A DNA stretch of 44,052 nucleotides, taken from positions 1-44,052 of IMG/VR virus record IMGVR_UViG_3300038708_000013. One strand, written 5' to 3'. Under the pieces are notes generated by a model that was not told the DNA's origin, made no database searches, and worked only from the letters and a program-made list of their open reading frames with translations. A program made the translations under genes and the position numbers. Shown here in pieces: positions 9,001 through 17,920 of this stretch. This DNA is from a virus. Positions within the stretch are counted from its first letter, which is position 1, and each line of letters opens with the position of its first letter.

Positions 9001-9189
9001 TTAAATATCTATATCGATCAATGCTTTTCTTATCTCAGCAATCATAGCTTTTAGGTTTTCAGTAGCTTCAATCTCGTCAGCACCATAAGCCTCAATTTCA
9101 GAATTAAACAAATGCGGCAAACCTAAATCGACACTAGCAGTAAAGCTCTGCCACTTTTGCTTCCCGTCATCCTCTATTTTGATATTCAT
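9001..9189 (-). CDS. Small acidic protein, cassette gene 3 (weak HicB/UPF0150-like pattern)
   Basis: 62 aa. ATGA overlap with the lipoprotein stop. Pattern FTASVDLGLP...YGADEIEATENLKAMI. Confidence 0.4.
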   Translation of the reverse strand: MNIKIEDDGKQKWQSFTASVDLGLPHLFNSEIEAYGADEIEATENLKAMIAEIRKALIDIDI

Positions 9190-9668
9190 AGCGTCGTACC
9201 GTCTGCAAACAATATCGTATGGTATCTAAATTCGTAGGTCATATCTTCAAGGTCGGCTGCCATGAATTTAACATCATTGCTAATGTATTGGTTATAAGGG
9301 AAGTCTAACCAGAACTCGCTCCAACCCTTGACTGGCATATCTAAAGCATCTTCGCTAAAGTCAAACTTGATAACCTCGTCATTGAACTTGTCGAAAAATA
9401 CTAGCGTACCTTTAACCCCTGCTAATTCTTTGCCCGAGTCGTTTTCTAATCTAAATTTTAGGCTGATTAACTCTTGAATGTCTGAGTTGGTCATTTCTTT
9501 TTCTAGTATCTCAACCTTGACCGCTTCTTTGCTTTTCATTGGCTTTTCGGTAGCAGCTGATTTTACTTCTACTGGTTCAGTCGTTGGCTGCTCAGTGGTC
9601 GCTACTTCTTCATTACCGCAAGCTGTCAATAATACGGTCATTGCTAATGCTGTTATTAGTTTTTTCAT
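9186..9668 (-). CDS. Lipoprotein, cassette gene 2
   Basis: Signal peptide with lipobox LLTAC (Cys17), followed by a Thr/Glu/Pro-rich linker. Confidence 0.7.
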   Translation of the reverse strand: MKKLITALAMTVLLTACGNEEVATTEQPTTEPVEVKSAATEKPMKSKEAVKVEILEKEMTNSDIQELISLKFRLENDSGKELAGVKGTLVFFDKFNDEVIKFDFSEDALDMPVKGWSEFWLDFPYNQYISNDVKFMAADLEDMTYEFRYHTILFADGTTL

Positions 9669-9669
9669 C

Positions 9670-9897
9670 TTAATAATCTCTCACTGTGTATTTATCATCA
9701 AAACCAAATACAACGACATAAATATTATTTAAAAGAGCGCAGCGTTTAATGGCAAAGTTCATTGCTGCATAACCATAGGTTTCTTTGTAAAACCTGTCAG
9801 ACATGGTTTTTTGATTCTGCTCTTTTTGTAATCTATTGAGATAATTAACGTTTTGTATTAAAAGTCGTTTGCCTATTTTATTTTTAATAAACCCCAT
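9670..9897 (-). CDS. Small hypothetical protein, cassette gene 1
   Basis: 75 aa, very AT-rich. Stop is 1 nt from the lipoprotein ATG. Confidence 0.4.
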   Translation of the reverse strand: MGFIKNKIGKRLLIQNVNYLNRLQKEQNQKTMSDRFYKETYGYAAMNFAIKRCALLNNIYVVVFGFDDKYTVRDY

Positions 9898-9956
9898 GTC
9901 TGCACCTATGTATAGTTAGTGTATATTCCATATATCAACTATACCTTATTCAACAA

Positions 9957-10667
9957 TTATCTACCAGTACCAGTGCTGCTACCGCCTGACTCTACGCCAC
10001 CGTGAATGTGTAAATTAGTATCAAACGCTGACGTAATAAGGTTGGGCGCGTGTAGTGGCACACTGGAATAAACACCATCGGAACTTATAGAGAACGAAGC
10101 ACCTCCAGCTTGCATATTGATAGATGATGGGTTTAGCTTTGCGTAAGTACCGCTATTCGTTTTAGCCTCTACGCTGCTATCATCTATCCTTACGTGGTTG
10201 CCGTTACCATGTAGCTCTGTGCCACCTGTCCATACTGGTTGCTTATTGGCTAGGCTGCGAACGCCCACGATAGCAAAAGCATCTGATAAATCGTGCTGCC
10301 TAAAATCGTTCGGCTCTGTCGGCTGTCCAGACTCAAACCAACCATCAATACAACGCTCAGCAAACATCAGCAAACACTCATCACCTGCCCTGATAGGGAA
10401 TGTTAGCTCGTAACCACCGCCACTTGGGAAGATGACAGGAACGTCCACACAAGGCGGTAAATTGGTCGCACCTGATAAGCCTTCGCCTTCACTGAATACT
10501 CGCTGTACGGTCGGCTGTGCTGTCACTGTGCGTGTGTCTGCATCAAAGCTAATAATGATTGCAGGTAATGCCGTGTGAACGTCCATGAGCTTGCTTTCAA
10601 TCTGCGCCTGACCATCTGCATAATTATCGCCTGACACCTCACGAGCTTTGTCATTGATTGCTGTCAT
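9957..10667 (-). CDS. Baseplate central spike (gpV / Gp138-N-like)
   Basis: Motifs VIFPSGGGYELTFPIRAGDECLLMFAERCID and HDLSDAFAIVG. ATGA overlap with the upstream stop places the start at 10667, not 10697. Confidence 0.65.
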   Translation of the reverse strand: MTAINDKAREVSGDNYADGQAQIESKLMDVHTALPAIIISFDADTRTVTAQPTVQRVFSEGEGLSGATNLPPCVDVPVIFPSGGGYELTFPIRAGDECLLMFAERCIDGWFESGQPTEPNDFRQHDLSDAFAIVGVRSLANKQPVWTGGTELHGNGNHVRIDDSSVEAKTNSGTYAKLNPSSINMQAGGASFSISSDGVYSSVPLHAPNLITSAFDTNLHIHGGVESGGSSTGTGR

Positions 10668-11467
10668 ACTCGTAAACCTTCTAATTCGCTTGACCATTCG
10701 CTTGAGTGCGTGTCACCGCTATGTCTAATCGACTCGATACGGACACCGCCTTGATATATCTCGCTATCAATCTTAGCGACACCGCCGATCAGGTAAGCAG
10801 GGTTAAGCAGTGTTGTCACTTTCACACCGTCTTGTGTCGGCTCTGGACTGCCTAGCATACCTGTTGATTGATTGATGAGCCATACCGCATTTGGTCGCAC
10901 ATTGTCGCCCTTTAGCAATAACATTTGACCGTCTTGAATTGACCATTGCGCCCCATCTTGCTTTGTCTGTTTAGTGAGTACGTCACTTGCACGACCTGAC
11001 AGCACACGACCACGCGCATAAACCGTTTCTAAGTCGTCTTTGTGAGCATTAGGCACACCAAACATTGACGACTGACACGCTGCGACCACTTGATTGGCTG
11101 TGCAGCCTTTGGTTAATGTCTTGTTGACAAAGCCGCGCAGTATTTCTCTGTCACCATCACCACTCTCTATCGTGATAATGCGGTCCGTACCTTGTATCTT
11201 TGGGGTCGCTGTTCTGATTTGACCGCTAAAAATAAGGCGTTCTGCACCTTGATACCCTGCGAGCAATTGAATATCAGCCCATTCTTTTAATAGCTGGTTT
11301 TGATGTTCAGGGTTCAGATTGTATATTTCAATCTTTGCCGTGTTTGGGTTTTCATCGCTGCTCTTTTTAATATCAAAGCGCATCCGTAATTCGCTGATTT
11401 TAATGCCGCTACCATCTTTGCCAACGATTAGCTGACAGACGCGCCCAAATTGAGTAATGTTATCCAT
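10664..11467 (-). CDS. Baseplate hub-like protein
   Basis: Position, plus N-terminal pattern LRMRFDIKKSSDENPNTAKIEIYNL...LLAGY. Confidence 0.45.
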   Translation of the reverse strand: MDNITQFGRVCQLIVGKDGSGIKISELRMRFDIKKSSDENPNTAKIEIYNLNPEHQNQLLKEWADIQLLAGYQGAERLIFSGQIRTATPKIQGTDRIITIESGDGDREILRGFVNKTLTKGCTANQVVAACQSSMFGVPNAHKDDLETVYARGRVLSGRASDVLTKQTKQDGAQWSIQDGQMLLLKGDNVRPNAVWLINQSTGMLGSPEPTQDGVKVTTLLNPAYLIGGVAKIDSEIYQGGVRIESIRHSGDTHSSEWSSELEGLRV

Positions 11468-11771
11468 CTAATTCATCACTCCATATTAGGCCATAGTCTG
11501 CCAAGTTATCCGCTGTAGGGTCTGTATTTTGACCAGTGTAATCAACTAAGAATAACAAGCCACTGGTAAAGCGTTCATTCGATAGCAGGTCAACACCTAG
11601 CGTCAATGCCACGCCTTGCAATATTGGCTCATCATCAGCGGTGCTTACGTCCATTGTCCATAAGTCACCGCGTACATTCAACTGTATGCGGAATAGATAG
11701 TTTGTACCGCCAATCTCACAAGTAAATTCTTGAGACGGCTCATCAGACATAGGTAATTCAAAAAGACTCAT
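11460..11771 (-). CDS. Baseplate plug-like small protein
   Basis: 103 aa, with pattern YLFRIQLNVRGDLWTMDV...GVALTLGVDLL. Confidence 0.35.
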   Translation of the reverse strand: MSLFELPMSDEPSQEFTCEIGGTNYLFRIQLNVRGDLWTMDVSTADDEPILQGVALTLGVDLLSNERFTSGLLFLVDYTGQNTDPTADNLADYGLIWSDELDG

Positions 11772-12376
11772 TTAATTTTACCTCGCTGCTTGGTTGCCGC
11801 CGCCGCCTTTGCTTGCTCTTTACTTGATGATGATACATCGCGTGTCGAGGTGCGCTTACGGCCTTTTGTGGCTGTCTCTAACTTCTTTTTTGGCTTGGTG
11901 CCACGTTTGCTCGTTGGCTTGGTTTTCTTTTCGGTCTTTTTCTCAGCAGGTAAAGCCTGATACTCTGTCTGCTCAGTTGTGACAATAATAACTTCTTCAA
12001 GGTCTAAATCAAAGATGACCGCATGAGGGTTTTTTTCGTCCGTTGTCCAGCCAATGCCAGTCAGCAGCATGTTGTTGTACTCACCGCCATTGATAGTCTT
12101 AACGTTTAGAAATGTCTTACTATTTTGCAGCTCATACAGTTTTGTCCTCGCCTCATCTACACGGTCAATATCAGTAAACGCATCGTTATCTACCAGTGGC
12201 GTATTGCTCACGCCAAAGCTGACAGATAGAGATTGAGCTTTTACAAAAGCATGGTCTGTGACTGGTGATCCAAACTCAACAGGGTTTTGCGTCACCTCCA
12301 TTTCTCGACGATGACGCTCGCTAACCCATACATCAGCAACCAAATCGCCTAGCTGTGGTATTTTAGCTTTTAGCAT
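11768..12376 (-). CDS. Tail/baseplate protein with Lys/Arg-rich C-terminal tail
   Basis: Follows the tape measure gene. The last ~60 aa are strongly basic (KKTEKKTKPTSKRGTKPKKK...). Confidence 0.4.
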   Translation of the reverse strand: MLKAKIPQLGDLVADVWVSERHRREMEVTQNPVEFGSPVTDHAFVKAQSLSVSFGVSNTPLVDNDAFTDIDRVDEARTKLYELQNSKTFLNVKTINGGEYNNMLLTGIGWTTDEKNPHAVIFDLDLEEVIIVTTEQTEYQALPAEKKTEKKTKPTSKRGTKPKKKLETATKGRKRTSTRDVSSSSKEQAKAAAATKQRGKIK

Positions 12377-13947
12377 TACTGTTTAACCCCTGTATTGCTT
12401 CGACGCTGTGCGCCAGTGCTACCCTTTGCAATGCTCGTTGCCTCACCTGCGCTTGATACGTTAAACGTCTGATTAACGCTTGATGTATTACCACCGCCAC
12501 CGATACCAAGTTTACCAGCCGCCCAACTTGCCGCCTTTCCACCCAATGCTACTGGATTATAAGCCGCCAATTCTTTGACCTTGCCAATCGCACCGCCAAT
12601 CATAGAGATAACCGCTTGTATCTTGCCGATGATAAAATCAATCGCACCGCTAGCCATAGCCTTAACACTAGACCAAAGCCCCGACCAAATAGCCGATACT
12701 TGAGCTGCTACTGAGCTAAACACGCCTAAGAGTTTCTGCCACTCAGCCGCTATACCTGCCGCTATCTGTTGCCAGTTTTGGTAGATTAGCCATAGCAGAC
12801 CGATGACCACAGCAATGACCGCGCCTATCAATAGAAATGGGGCAAACGCTACGAGCCAAGCTGCTGCTGTTGCTGCCGCGCTTGCAATGGCTGCTGCCTG
12901 TAGTATCAGGAATGATAAAACACCAGTCGCTTGCATCAGCAAGAAACCTGCAATAGCTGGTGCGTACATCAGCACTAATGCACCTGCTATGACTGCCGCA
13001 ATACCGCCAATAACTTTCAGCGTGGTTATGATTGTTTCTGAGTTAGCTGATAGCCAATTCATAAACTCTTGAACTTTGCCATAGATAATCACAATCTGAT
13101 CGTAAGTCGCCACCAACACATCAATCATGATGATAAAGGCCGAACCTATCTGTTGAGCAAAGGCTGTGATTTTATCGCCATTCTGATTAACCCAGTTGGC
13201 AATATTTCCTAGAACTTCTTTGAGTGCATCAAAAACCCCTGCGTTGGCAATGGCTCGTAGAAAGCCGCTATAAGCGTCCTTCATGTTTGATACAGTACCT
13301 TCCCAAGTCTTGGACATAGCGTCCATACCGCCAGTAAAACGCTCGTCCATAATACCTTGCAAGGCTGCTTGGATTTCTTTAGCGTTATTGCTTACCGTCT
13401 TGGTGTATTCTTTGCCGTCTTTGTTGTATGTGAATGTCGTTGTGTCTGTCTTTTTATCTTTACTGGATTTGATGCCGAACTCTTTTAGACGTTCATTTTC
13501 GCCAGTCATTGCATCAGCCAAGGCTTCAACCGCTTGGTCGATAGGCTTACCCATTGCTGACGCCATGTTACCAACACTGGTCATCAAACCATCTTCAATA
13601 GGGTCAATGCCGTATGACTTCATTTTGACAAAAGCGTCGGTAACTTGGTCTAGCTCATAAGGTGTTTTCTTGGCAAATTCCTCAATCCAGTCCAGCGACT
13701 TTTGCGCCTTTTCGGAATCACCTTCAATGGTTGTAAGCTGCGTCTTAAAGTTCTCAAACTGGATAGCTGCATCGAGCATACCATTACCCAAAAACCCAGC
13801 AGCAGCCACGCCAACACCAGTCAGCACAGCGCCAACCTTGCCGACTGTCTTGATAATGCCGCCTAGACGGTTATCAAATCTATCTGCACCGCTAGTATTG
13901 GCTCTAAAGCCTAATATAACGAGTAAGTCGTCAATTACTGTTGCCAT
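12376..13947 (-). CDS. Tail tape measure protein
   Basis: 523 aa, helical N-terminal part, long hydrophobic core. Position after the chaperone pair. Confidence 0.75.
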   Translation of the reverse strand: MATVIDDLLVILGFRANTSGADRFDNRLGGIIKTVGKVGAVLTGVGVAAAGFLGNGMLDAAIQFENFKTQLTTIEGDSEKAQKSLDWIEEFAKKTPYELDQVTDAFVKMKSYGIDPIEDGLMTSVGNMASAMGKPIDQAVEALADAMTGENERLKEFGIKSSKDKKTDTTTFTYNKDGKEYTKTVSNNAKEIQAALQGIMDERFTGGMDAMSKTWEGTVSNMKDAYSGFLRAIANAGVFDALKEVLGNIANWVNQNGDKITAFAQQIGSAFIIMIDVLVATYDQIVIIYGKVQEFMNWLSANSETIITTLKVIGGIAAVIAGALVLMYAPAIAGFLLMQATGVLSFLILQAAAIASAAATAAAWLVAFAPFLLIGAVIAVVIGLLWLIYQNWQQIAAGIAAEWQKLLGVFSSVAAQVSAIWSGLWSSVKAMASGAIDFIIGKIQAVISMIGGAIGKVKELAAYNPVALGGKAASWAAGKLGIGGGGNTSSVNQTFNVSSAGEATSIAKGSTGAQRRSNTGVKQ

Positions 13948-13961
13948 AAATCACCTTTACG

Positions 13962-14144
13962 TTATTTGTTTTTGGCTTCGTATCGCCGTCTGTACTCGTC
14001 CATTTCATCAAGTGCTTCGTGCATATCTGCCAAGTCATTGAGCGTGTACGTACCGTCACACAGCTCGATATACTTAGCTAATGGAGGCTCACTGACGCAA
14101 ACCCTCATTAGATACCAGTCAATATTGGCAGTCTCTATTTCTTT
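13962..14144 (-). CDS. -1 frame extension of the tail assembly chaperone (G/GT-type)
   Basis: I translated the -1 frame codon by codon from AAA (14144) to TAA (13962): 60 sense codons without a stop, filling the chaperone-TMP gap. Confidence 0.5.
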   Translation of the reverse strand, partial: KEIETANIDWYLMRVCVSEPPLAKYIELCDGTYTLNDLADMHEALDEMDEYRRRYEAKNK

Positions 14145-14566
14145 AATGCCGTCATCGCTTGGAGCTGTGGAAAACGTAAGCGGACGGCGGCTATAAAACC
14201 ACCAAAAGTCTCACGTAAGAAATACCAAAGCACCTCATACATATCAAACAGCGTGTCAGCGTCAAACTGTGCGTTTTCATCAAACTGCTTGCCCTCTACC
14301 AAAATAAAAGGCTTGCACTGGTCAATGAGTAAATCCAAATCACCATCGTTCAGTTTTGGCAAGATACCTGCGATGCCTTTAAGACCTGCCAATACTTGCT
14401 GACCTTGCGTCTTAATGTCACCGCCTGATTGCTGACCTAATGCCTCAGCTAGTGGTTCAGCGACCATTGCGATCAGCATTGTTTGAATTTTACGAGCATC
14501 ACGCGCAGGTACTTTTTTGAGTACGATGTTTTTACCACCGATACTTGTGTGTTTTAAGTCACTCAT
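14135..14566 (-). CDS. Tail assembly chaperone
   Basis: 143 aa between the tube and tape measure genes. Ends TTA AAG AAA TAG. Confidence 0.6.
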   Translation of the reverse strand: MSDLKHTSIGGKNIVLKKVPARDARKIQTMLIAMVAEPLAEALGQQSGGDIKTQGQQVLAGLKGIAGILPKLNDGDLDLLIDQCKPFILVEGKQFDENAQFDADTLFDMYEVLWYFLRETFGGFIAAVRLRFPQLQAMTALKK

Positions 14567-14575
14567 AATCTACCC

Positions 14576-15007
14576 TTAAACGACTGATTGTAGAATTGCT
14601 AGCTTAGGCACAATGATTGTCCACTCTCTATCCTGTGCGTTAGTACCACGCGCAAAGTTGGCAATCTTTGAAATATAGCCAGTCGTTGATAACACGCCTT
14701 GACCAGTAACCGCGTTAATGACCGATACCGATATGCCTGCAATCTCACCATTCACGAATTGCTGATGTAGCGACTCTAGGTAGTCATTTTCTGGTGCCAT
14801 ATTTAATAGTTTAATCATAACCTCGGCTGACTGATTAGCACTAACAGACGCTTGCATATTACCGTCTGCACCTACTGTGTCAGTGACTCTATCTTCGCGG
14901 TACTCAGCGGTGATAACGTCATCACCTTCGCCAAAGTTTTCAATTTCACGACCATTAATCATAATCATGTGATGCGTGAACGAGTACGTTCTCATTTGTC
15001 CTGCCAT
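14576..15007 (-). CDS. Tail tube protein
   Basis: 143 aa, immediately after the sheath gene. Confidence 0.6.
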   Translation of the reverse strand: MAGQMRTYSFTHHMIMINGREIENFGEGDDVITAEYREDRVTDTVGADGNMQASVSANQSAEVMIKLLNMAPENDYLESLHQQFVNGEIAGISVSVINAVTGQGVLSTTGYISKIANFARGTNAQDREWTIIVPKLAILQSVV

Positions 15008-15019
15008 TGTTCTATCTCC

Positions 15020-16120
15020 TTACGCTTCTGGGATTAATGTAATATCTGTGTCGTGAATTGCGCCTGCGCCTTTAACCAAGATAGTAAATGGCGGTGCGAT
15101 ACGTTGCTCACGGATAACTTGTGGCTGGTCACGGATTGACTCGTTATAAACGTAGTAACCAGTTGGCAAGTAGTCATAGGTTTCAATCTCACCCAATGCT
15201 GCACCGTTCCAAGTACCAGGCGCGACCAACCCAGCTTTTACCGCTTCTTCCAAACCGTTCACGATGTCAGCTTTAATCATCATCATGCCGCGATCTGTCT
15301 GAGGTGTTAATCGACGCAGACGTTGACCATTGAATACGTTTGTCTCAATGACGTTACGCAGCCAATCAAAGCCCATCACGAAATCAAAGAACTTGCCGCC
15401 ACCTGCATGACCATTAGCAAAGATAGGCAATGAATTATCAGGGTTGCCGTAGTCGCTGTAATAGTTGATACAAGCCGCTTTCAAGTTAGCTGCTTGCGTC
15501 TGGCTAATATCGGTACTCACCACGCTTACAAGTGATTTTAGGTGCAGTGTCTTAACCCCATCAGTCTTGTCATAGCGTTGGTCAAGTGCCATACCTGCTA
15601 CCGCGCCAACCGTGTCATAATCTTCATGATAGGTGATGCAATAATGATACTGTCCAAGCTCTTTAAGTGCGTCACCAGTGGTTACCGCTTCGGTATCGTC
15701 AGTCATAACCGTCATAAACATACGATTGTGAGACTGCGCCCATTCTGCCAAGCCTTGAATGTTTGCCGCTGCAACTTCACCTGCAAAACAAAAGGCATAG
15801 AACCCTAGCGTCTTGGCTGATACTTCGCCAATGCTCGCTAGTGGATCAGTCAAAGCCGTTACCGTTGCAATCATCAAATCGCGTGGTTTTGGGTTCTGAG
15901 CAAAATACTTTTGTGCAATCGTGTACTCAGGTGCTTCTACGCCATAATCTAGCTTTACACCGTCGATTGACGTATAAATGCCTGTATCAGTAGCGCGTCC
16001 GTTTGTAGTGCTACCAACAATCAATAGTCGATTGAAAGCGTCACGGCTCAATAGCTTGGCTTGATACTCAATGCTGACATTGACCAACATATTAATTGGC
16101 AGTGTTAATGAACCAGCCAT
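15020..16120 (-). CDS. Tail sheath protein (short, DUF3383-like type)
   Basis: 366 aa. Position 5' of the tube gene. N-terminus LPINMLVNVSIEYQAKLLSRDAFNRLLIVGST. Confidence 0.6.
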   Translation of the reverse strand: MAGSLTLPINMLVNVSIEYQAKLLSRDAFNRLLIVGSTTNGRATDTGIYTSIDGVKLDYGVEAPEYTIAQKYFAQNPKPRDLMIATVTALTDPLASIGEVSAKTLGFYAFCFAGEVAAANIQGLAEWAQSHNRMFMTVMTDDTEAVTTGDALKELGQYHYCITYHEDYDTVGAVAGMALDQRYDKTDGVKTLHLKSLVSVVSTDISQTQAANLKAACINYYSDYGNPDNSLPIFANGHAGGGKFFDFVMGFDWLRNVIETNVFNGQRLRRLTPQTDRGMMMIKADIVNGLEEAVKAGLVAPGTWNGAALGEIETYDYLPTGYYVYNESIRDQPQVIREQRIAPPFTILVKGAGAIHDTDITLIPEA

Positions 16121-16150
16121 AGGTGTTCTCCATCGTTAAAAATAGGTAAT

Positions 16151-16184
16151 AAAAAACCCGATGCCGGATATCCGATATCGGGTT
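16151..16184 (-). terminator. Intrinsic terminator after the two-gene cassette
   Basis: Minus strand CCCGAT-loop-ATCGGG followed by T6. The loop contains the CGGATATCCG palindrome. Confidence 0.7.
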
Positions 16185-16248
16185 AAATCGTTGATTTTGT
16201 TCCGTTACTCATATCTGAGGAACGCTATTTATGGCGAGTTCGCCGTAT

Positions 16249-16455
16249 TTACTTTTTCGGATGCAATGGCAAAGGTGGAGCTTTTCTACCTTGCGTTGGT
16301 CGTCTTACGCCCATACAGTTGTATTTTTCTGCGTGTTCCGCTCTCATTCTTGCGTAATCCATAATCATATAGAGGGTAGCAAAACCTACGATAAAACCAC
16401 CTGCAAAGAATAAAAAGAACACCGTGTCTATTGGAATGTCGAATGTATAACTCAT
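16249..16455 (-). CDS. Small single-pass membrane protein with basic C-terminus
   Basis: 68 aa. Hydrophobic segment VFFLFFAGGFIVGFATLYMIM, then an R/K/P-rich tail. Confidence 0.5.
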   Translation of the reverse strand: MSYTFDIPIDTVFFLFFAGGFIVGFATLYMIMDYARMRAEHAEKYNCMGVRRPTQGRKAPPLPLHPKK

Positions 16456-16475
16456 GTCACCGCCTTGTCTAAAGG

Positions 16476-16489
16476 TCTCGAATTCGAGA
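16476..16489. repeat. Perfect 14-bp palindrome TCTCGAATTCGAGA between the two cassette genes
   Basis: Read directly. Lies in the 36-nt gap between the 16492 stop and the 16455 start. Confidence 0.9.
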
Positions 16490-16491
16490 GG

Positions 16492-17034
16492 TTATCTGTG
16501 TTTATTGAGCGTTAGCCATCTGTCAATATGGCTCATCGAACTCCTAGGGTTATGCGCTCTGTAATAATCCTCTAATTCGCGCGCATCTTGTACGCCGTTC
16601 CAGTATTCAGGATTTAGTTTTGTACCATTGCGATACCAGTCCTGATTGTCACCAGCTTTTACATGAGTGATAGACAAAAAGTCCTTATACTCACAGTCCA
16701 TAGGGATGTTACTAGGGGTTATGTAGTAATCCACACCCTTATGATTGTTCTTATTATCCTTTCGGATAAACTCAAAATGAACACTATCTACTAGCTCACC
16801 CTTTGGGTTGTAAAGGTTTAGCTTGTGGTTTTTCTCATCAAATAAATAAACAGCCGTAACGCCTATAAACTCCTTGACGGGGTAAAAACAAAATAACTCA
16901 CCTTCTACTGTAAACCGAACGACTTTAAAAAAGCTGGTTCGGTGCATCCTAAACGCCTCAGCTTTATCCAGTACGTTTTCAACTCTAACAGTAGTAGTGA
17001 AAAATGCGCGTAATTTAAAAAGCAATTTATCCAT
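16492..17034 (-). CDS. Hypothetical 180-aa protein, cassette gene 1
   Basis: RBS GGAG 6 nt before ATG 17034. AT-rich. No domain recognised. Confidence 0.55.
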   Translation of the reverse strand: MDKLLFKLRAFFTTTVRVENVLDKAEAFRMHRTSFFKVVRFTVEGELFCFYPVKEFIGVTAVYLFDEKNHKLNLYNPKGELVDSVHFEFIRKDNKNNHKGVDYYITPSNIPMDCEYKDFLSITHVKAGDNQDWYRNGTKLNPEYWNGVQDARELEDYYRAHNPRSSMSHIDRWLTLNKHR

Positions 17035-17059
17035 AACAAACTCCTTATTTAGTAAGTTT

Positions 17060-17068
17060 ATTATAGCA
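17060..17068 (-). promoter_or_regulatory. Extended -10 promoter element TGCTATAAT
   Basis: Minus strand tgctataat, 26 nt upstream of ATG 17034 in the 45-nt gap after the neck gene. Confidence 0.5.
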
Positions 17069-17079
17069 AAAACAAGGCG

Positions 17080-17565
17080 TTATGGCTCGACAATCATACC
17101 AATCGGTACGGTTTCAATATTAGTTTCATCATGATATTCATCAGGCACAGTATCAGGCATTGCATAGCTCGTTAGATAAGACAGTTGCAGCCTTACTTGA
17201 AAGCGTTTTGTGCGCTCTAATTCCAATGCTGTGAGGTTACGAGGGTCTGAGCAGCTAAGATAGCCAACGTCTAAATCAAATAGCATATCTAGCGCGTATG
17301 GCGTTTGCATGGCTATCTTTAACTGGTTGGCATAGTGCGCTGCATTGTCACCCATAAAATCAATGGTCAGTGTGACAATAGACGATTGCCTTGCGTGTTT
17401 ATAGCCACCTGCCCAGCCTTGCCCCACCATGTCCGTTTGTTGGACAATGGCGTAATTGCTGCCAGTAGTCGGCTGTGATGTATCAGCAGGTCTAACGCTA
17501 TTCTCAGGCATACCTAAGAGCCGCTGTATTAACACTCTAAGCTCTATTTGCGTGTTGTTATCCAT
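17080..17565 (-). CDS. Neck / tail terminator-like protein
   Basis: 161 aa. Last gene of the head-tail joining block. Confidence 0.35.
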   Translation of the reverse strand: MDNNTQIELRVLIQRLLGMPENSVRPADTSQPTTGSNYAIVQQTDMVGQGWAGGYKHARQSSIVTLTIDFMGDNAAHYANQLKIAMQTPYALDMLFDLDVGYLSCSDPRNLTALELERTKRFQVRLQLSYLTSYAMPDTVPDEYHDETNIETVPIGMIVEP

Positions 17566-17920
17566 CTGTCACCACCTGTACTGCGAGTGCTTGCCAATAG
17601 CCATATTGTGACCAGTCTTTAACGTGGACAATCCGATGCTCATCACCATGCCATGTGATTTTATCGCCTAGCTTTGGTACGCGCTCATCACTCGTTGATA
17701 GATACTCGCCTGACCATATTTTGATAACTTGCCGCGACTTGTCACCATCAACTAGGTATTGCGTGTCTTTAGGTGCAGCAGGTTGGATCACACCGCGCCC
17801 ATCTTCCTCGGTTAAGGTTTCAACCCAAACGCCGCCACGCTCATAATGACCACCTGCAATGAACACCGTGAAGTCAGTGACAAAATCAGGGTCATGTAAT
17901 AACTCGCTCATGTCATTCAT
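17558..17920 (-). CDS. Head-tail joining protein (unassigned)
   Basis: 120 aa. Overlapping starts and stops with its neighbours. Confidence 0.4.
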   Translation of the reverse strand: MNDMSELLHDPDFVTDFTVFIAGGHYERGGVWVETLTEEDGRGVIQPAAPKDTQYLVDGDKSRQVIKIWSGEYLSTSDERVPKLGDKITWHGDEHRIVHVKDWSQYGYWQALAVQVVTDG

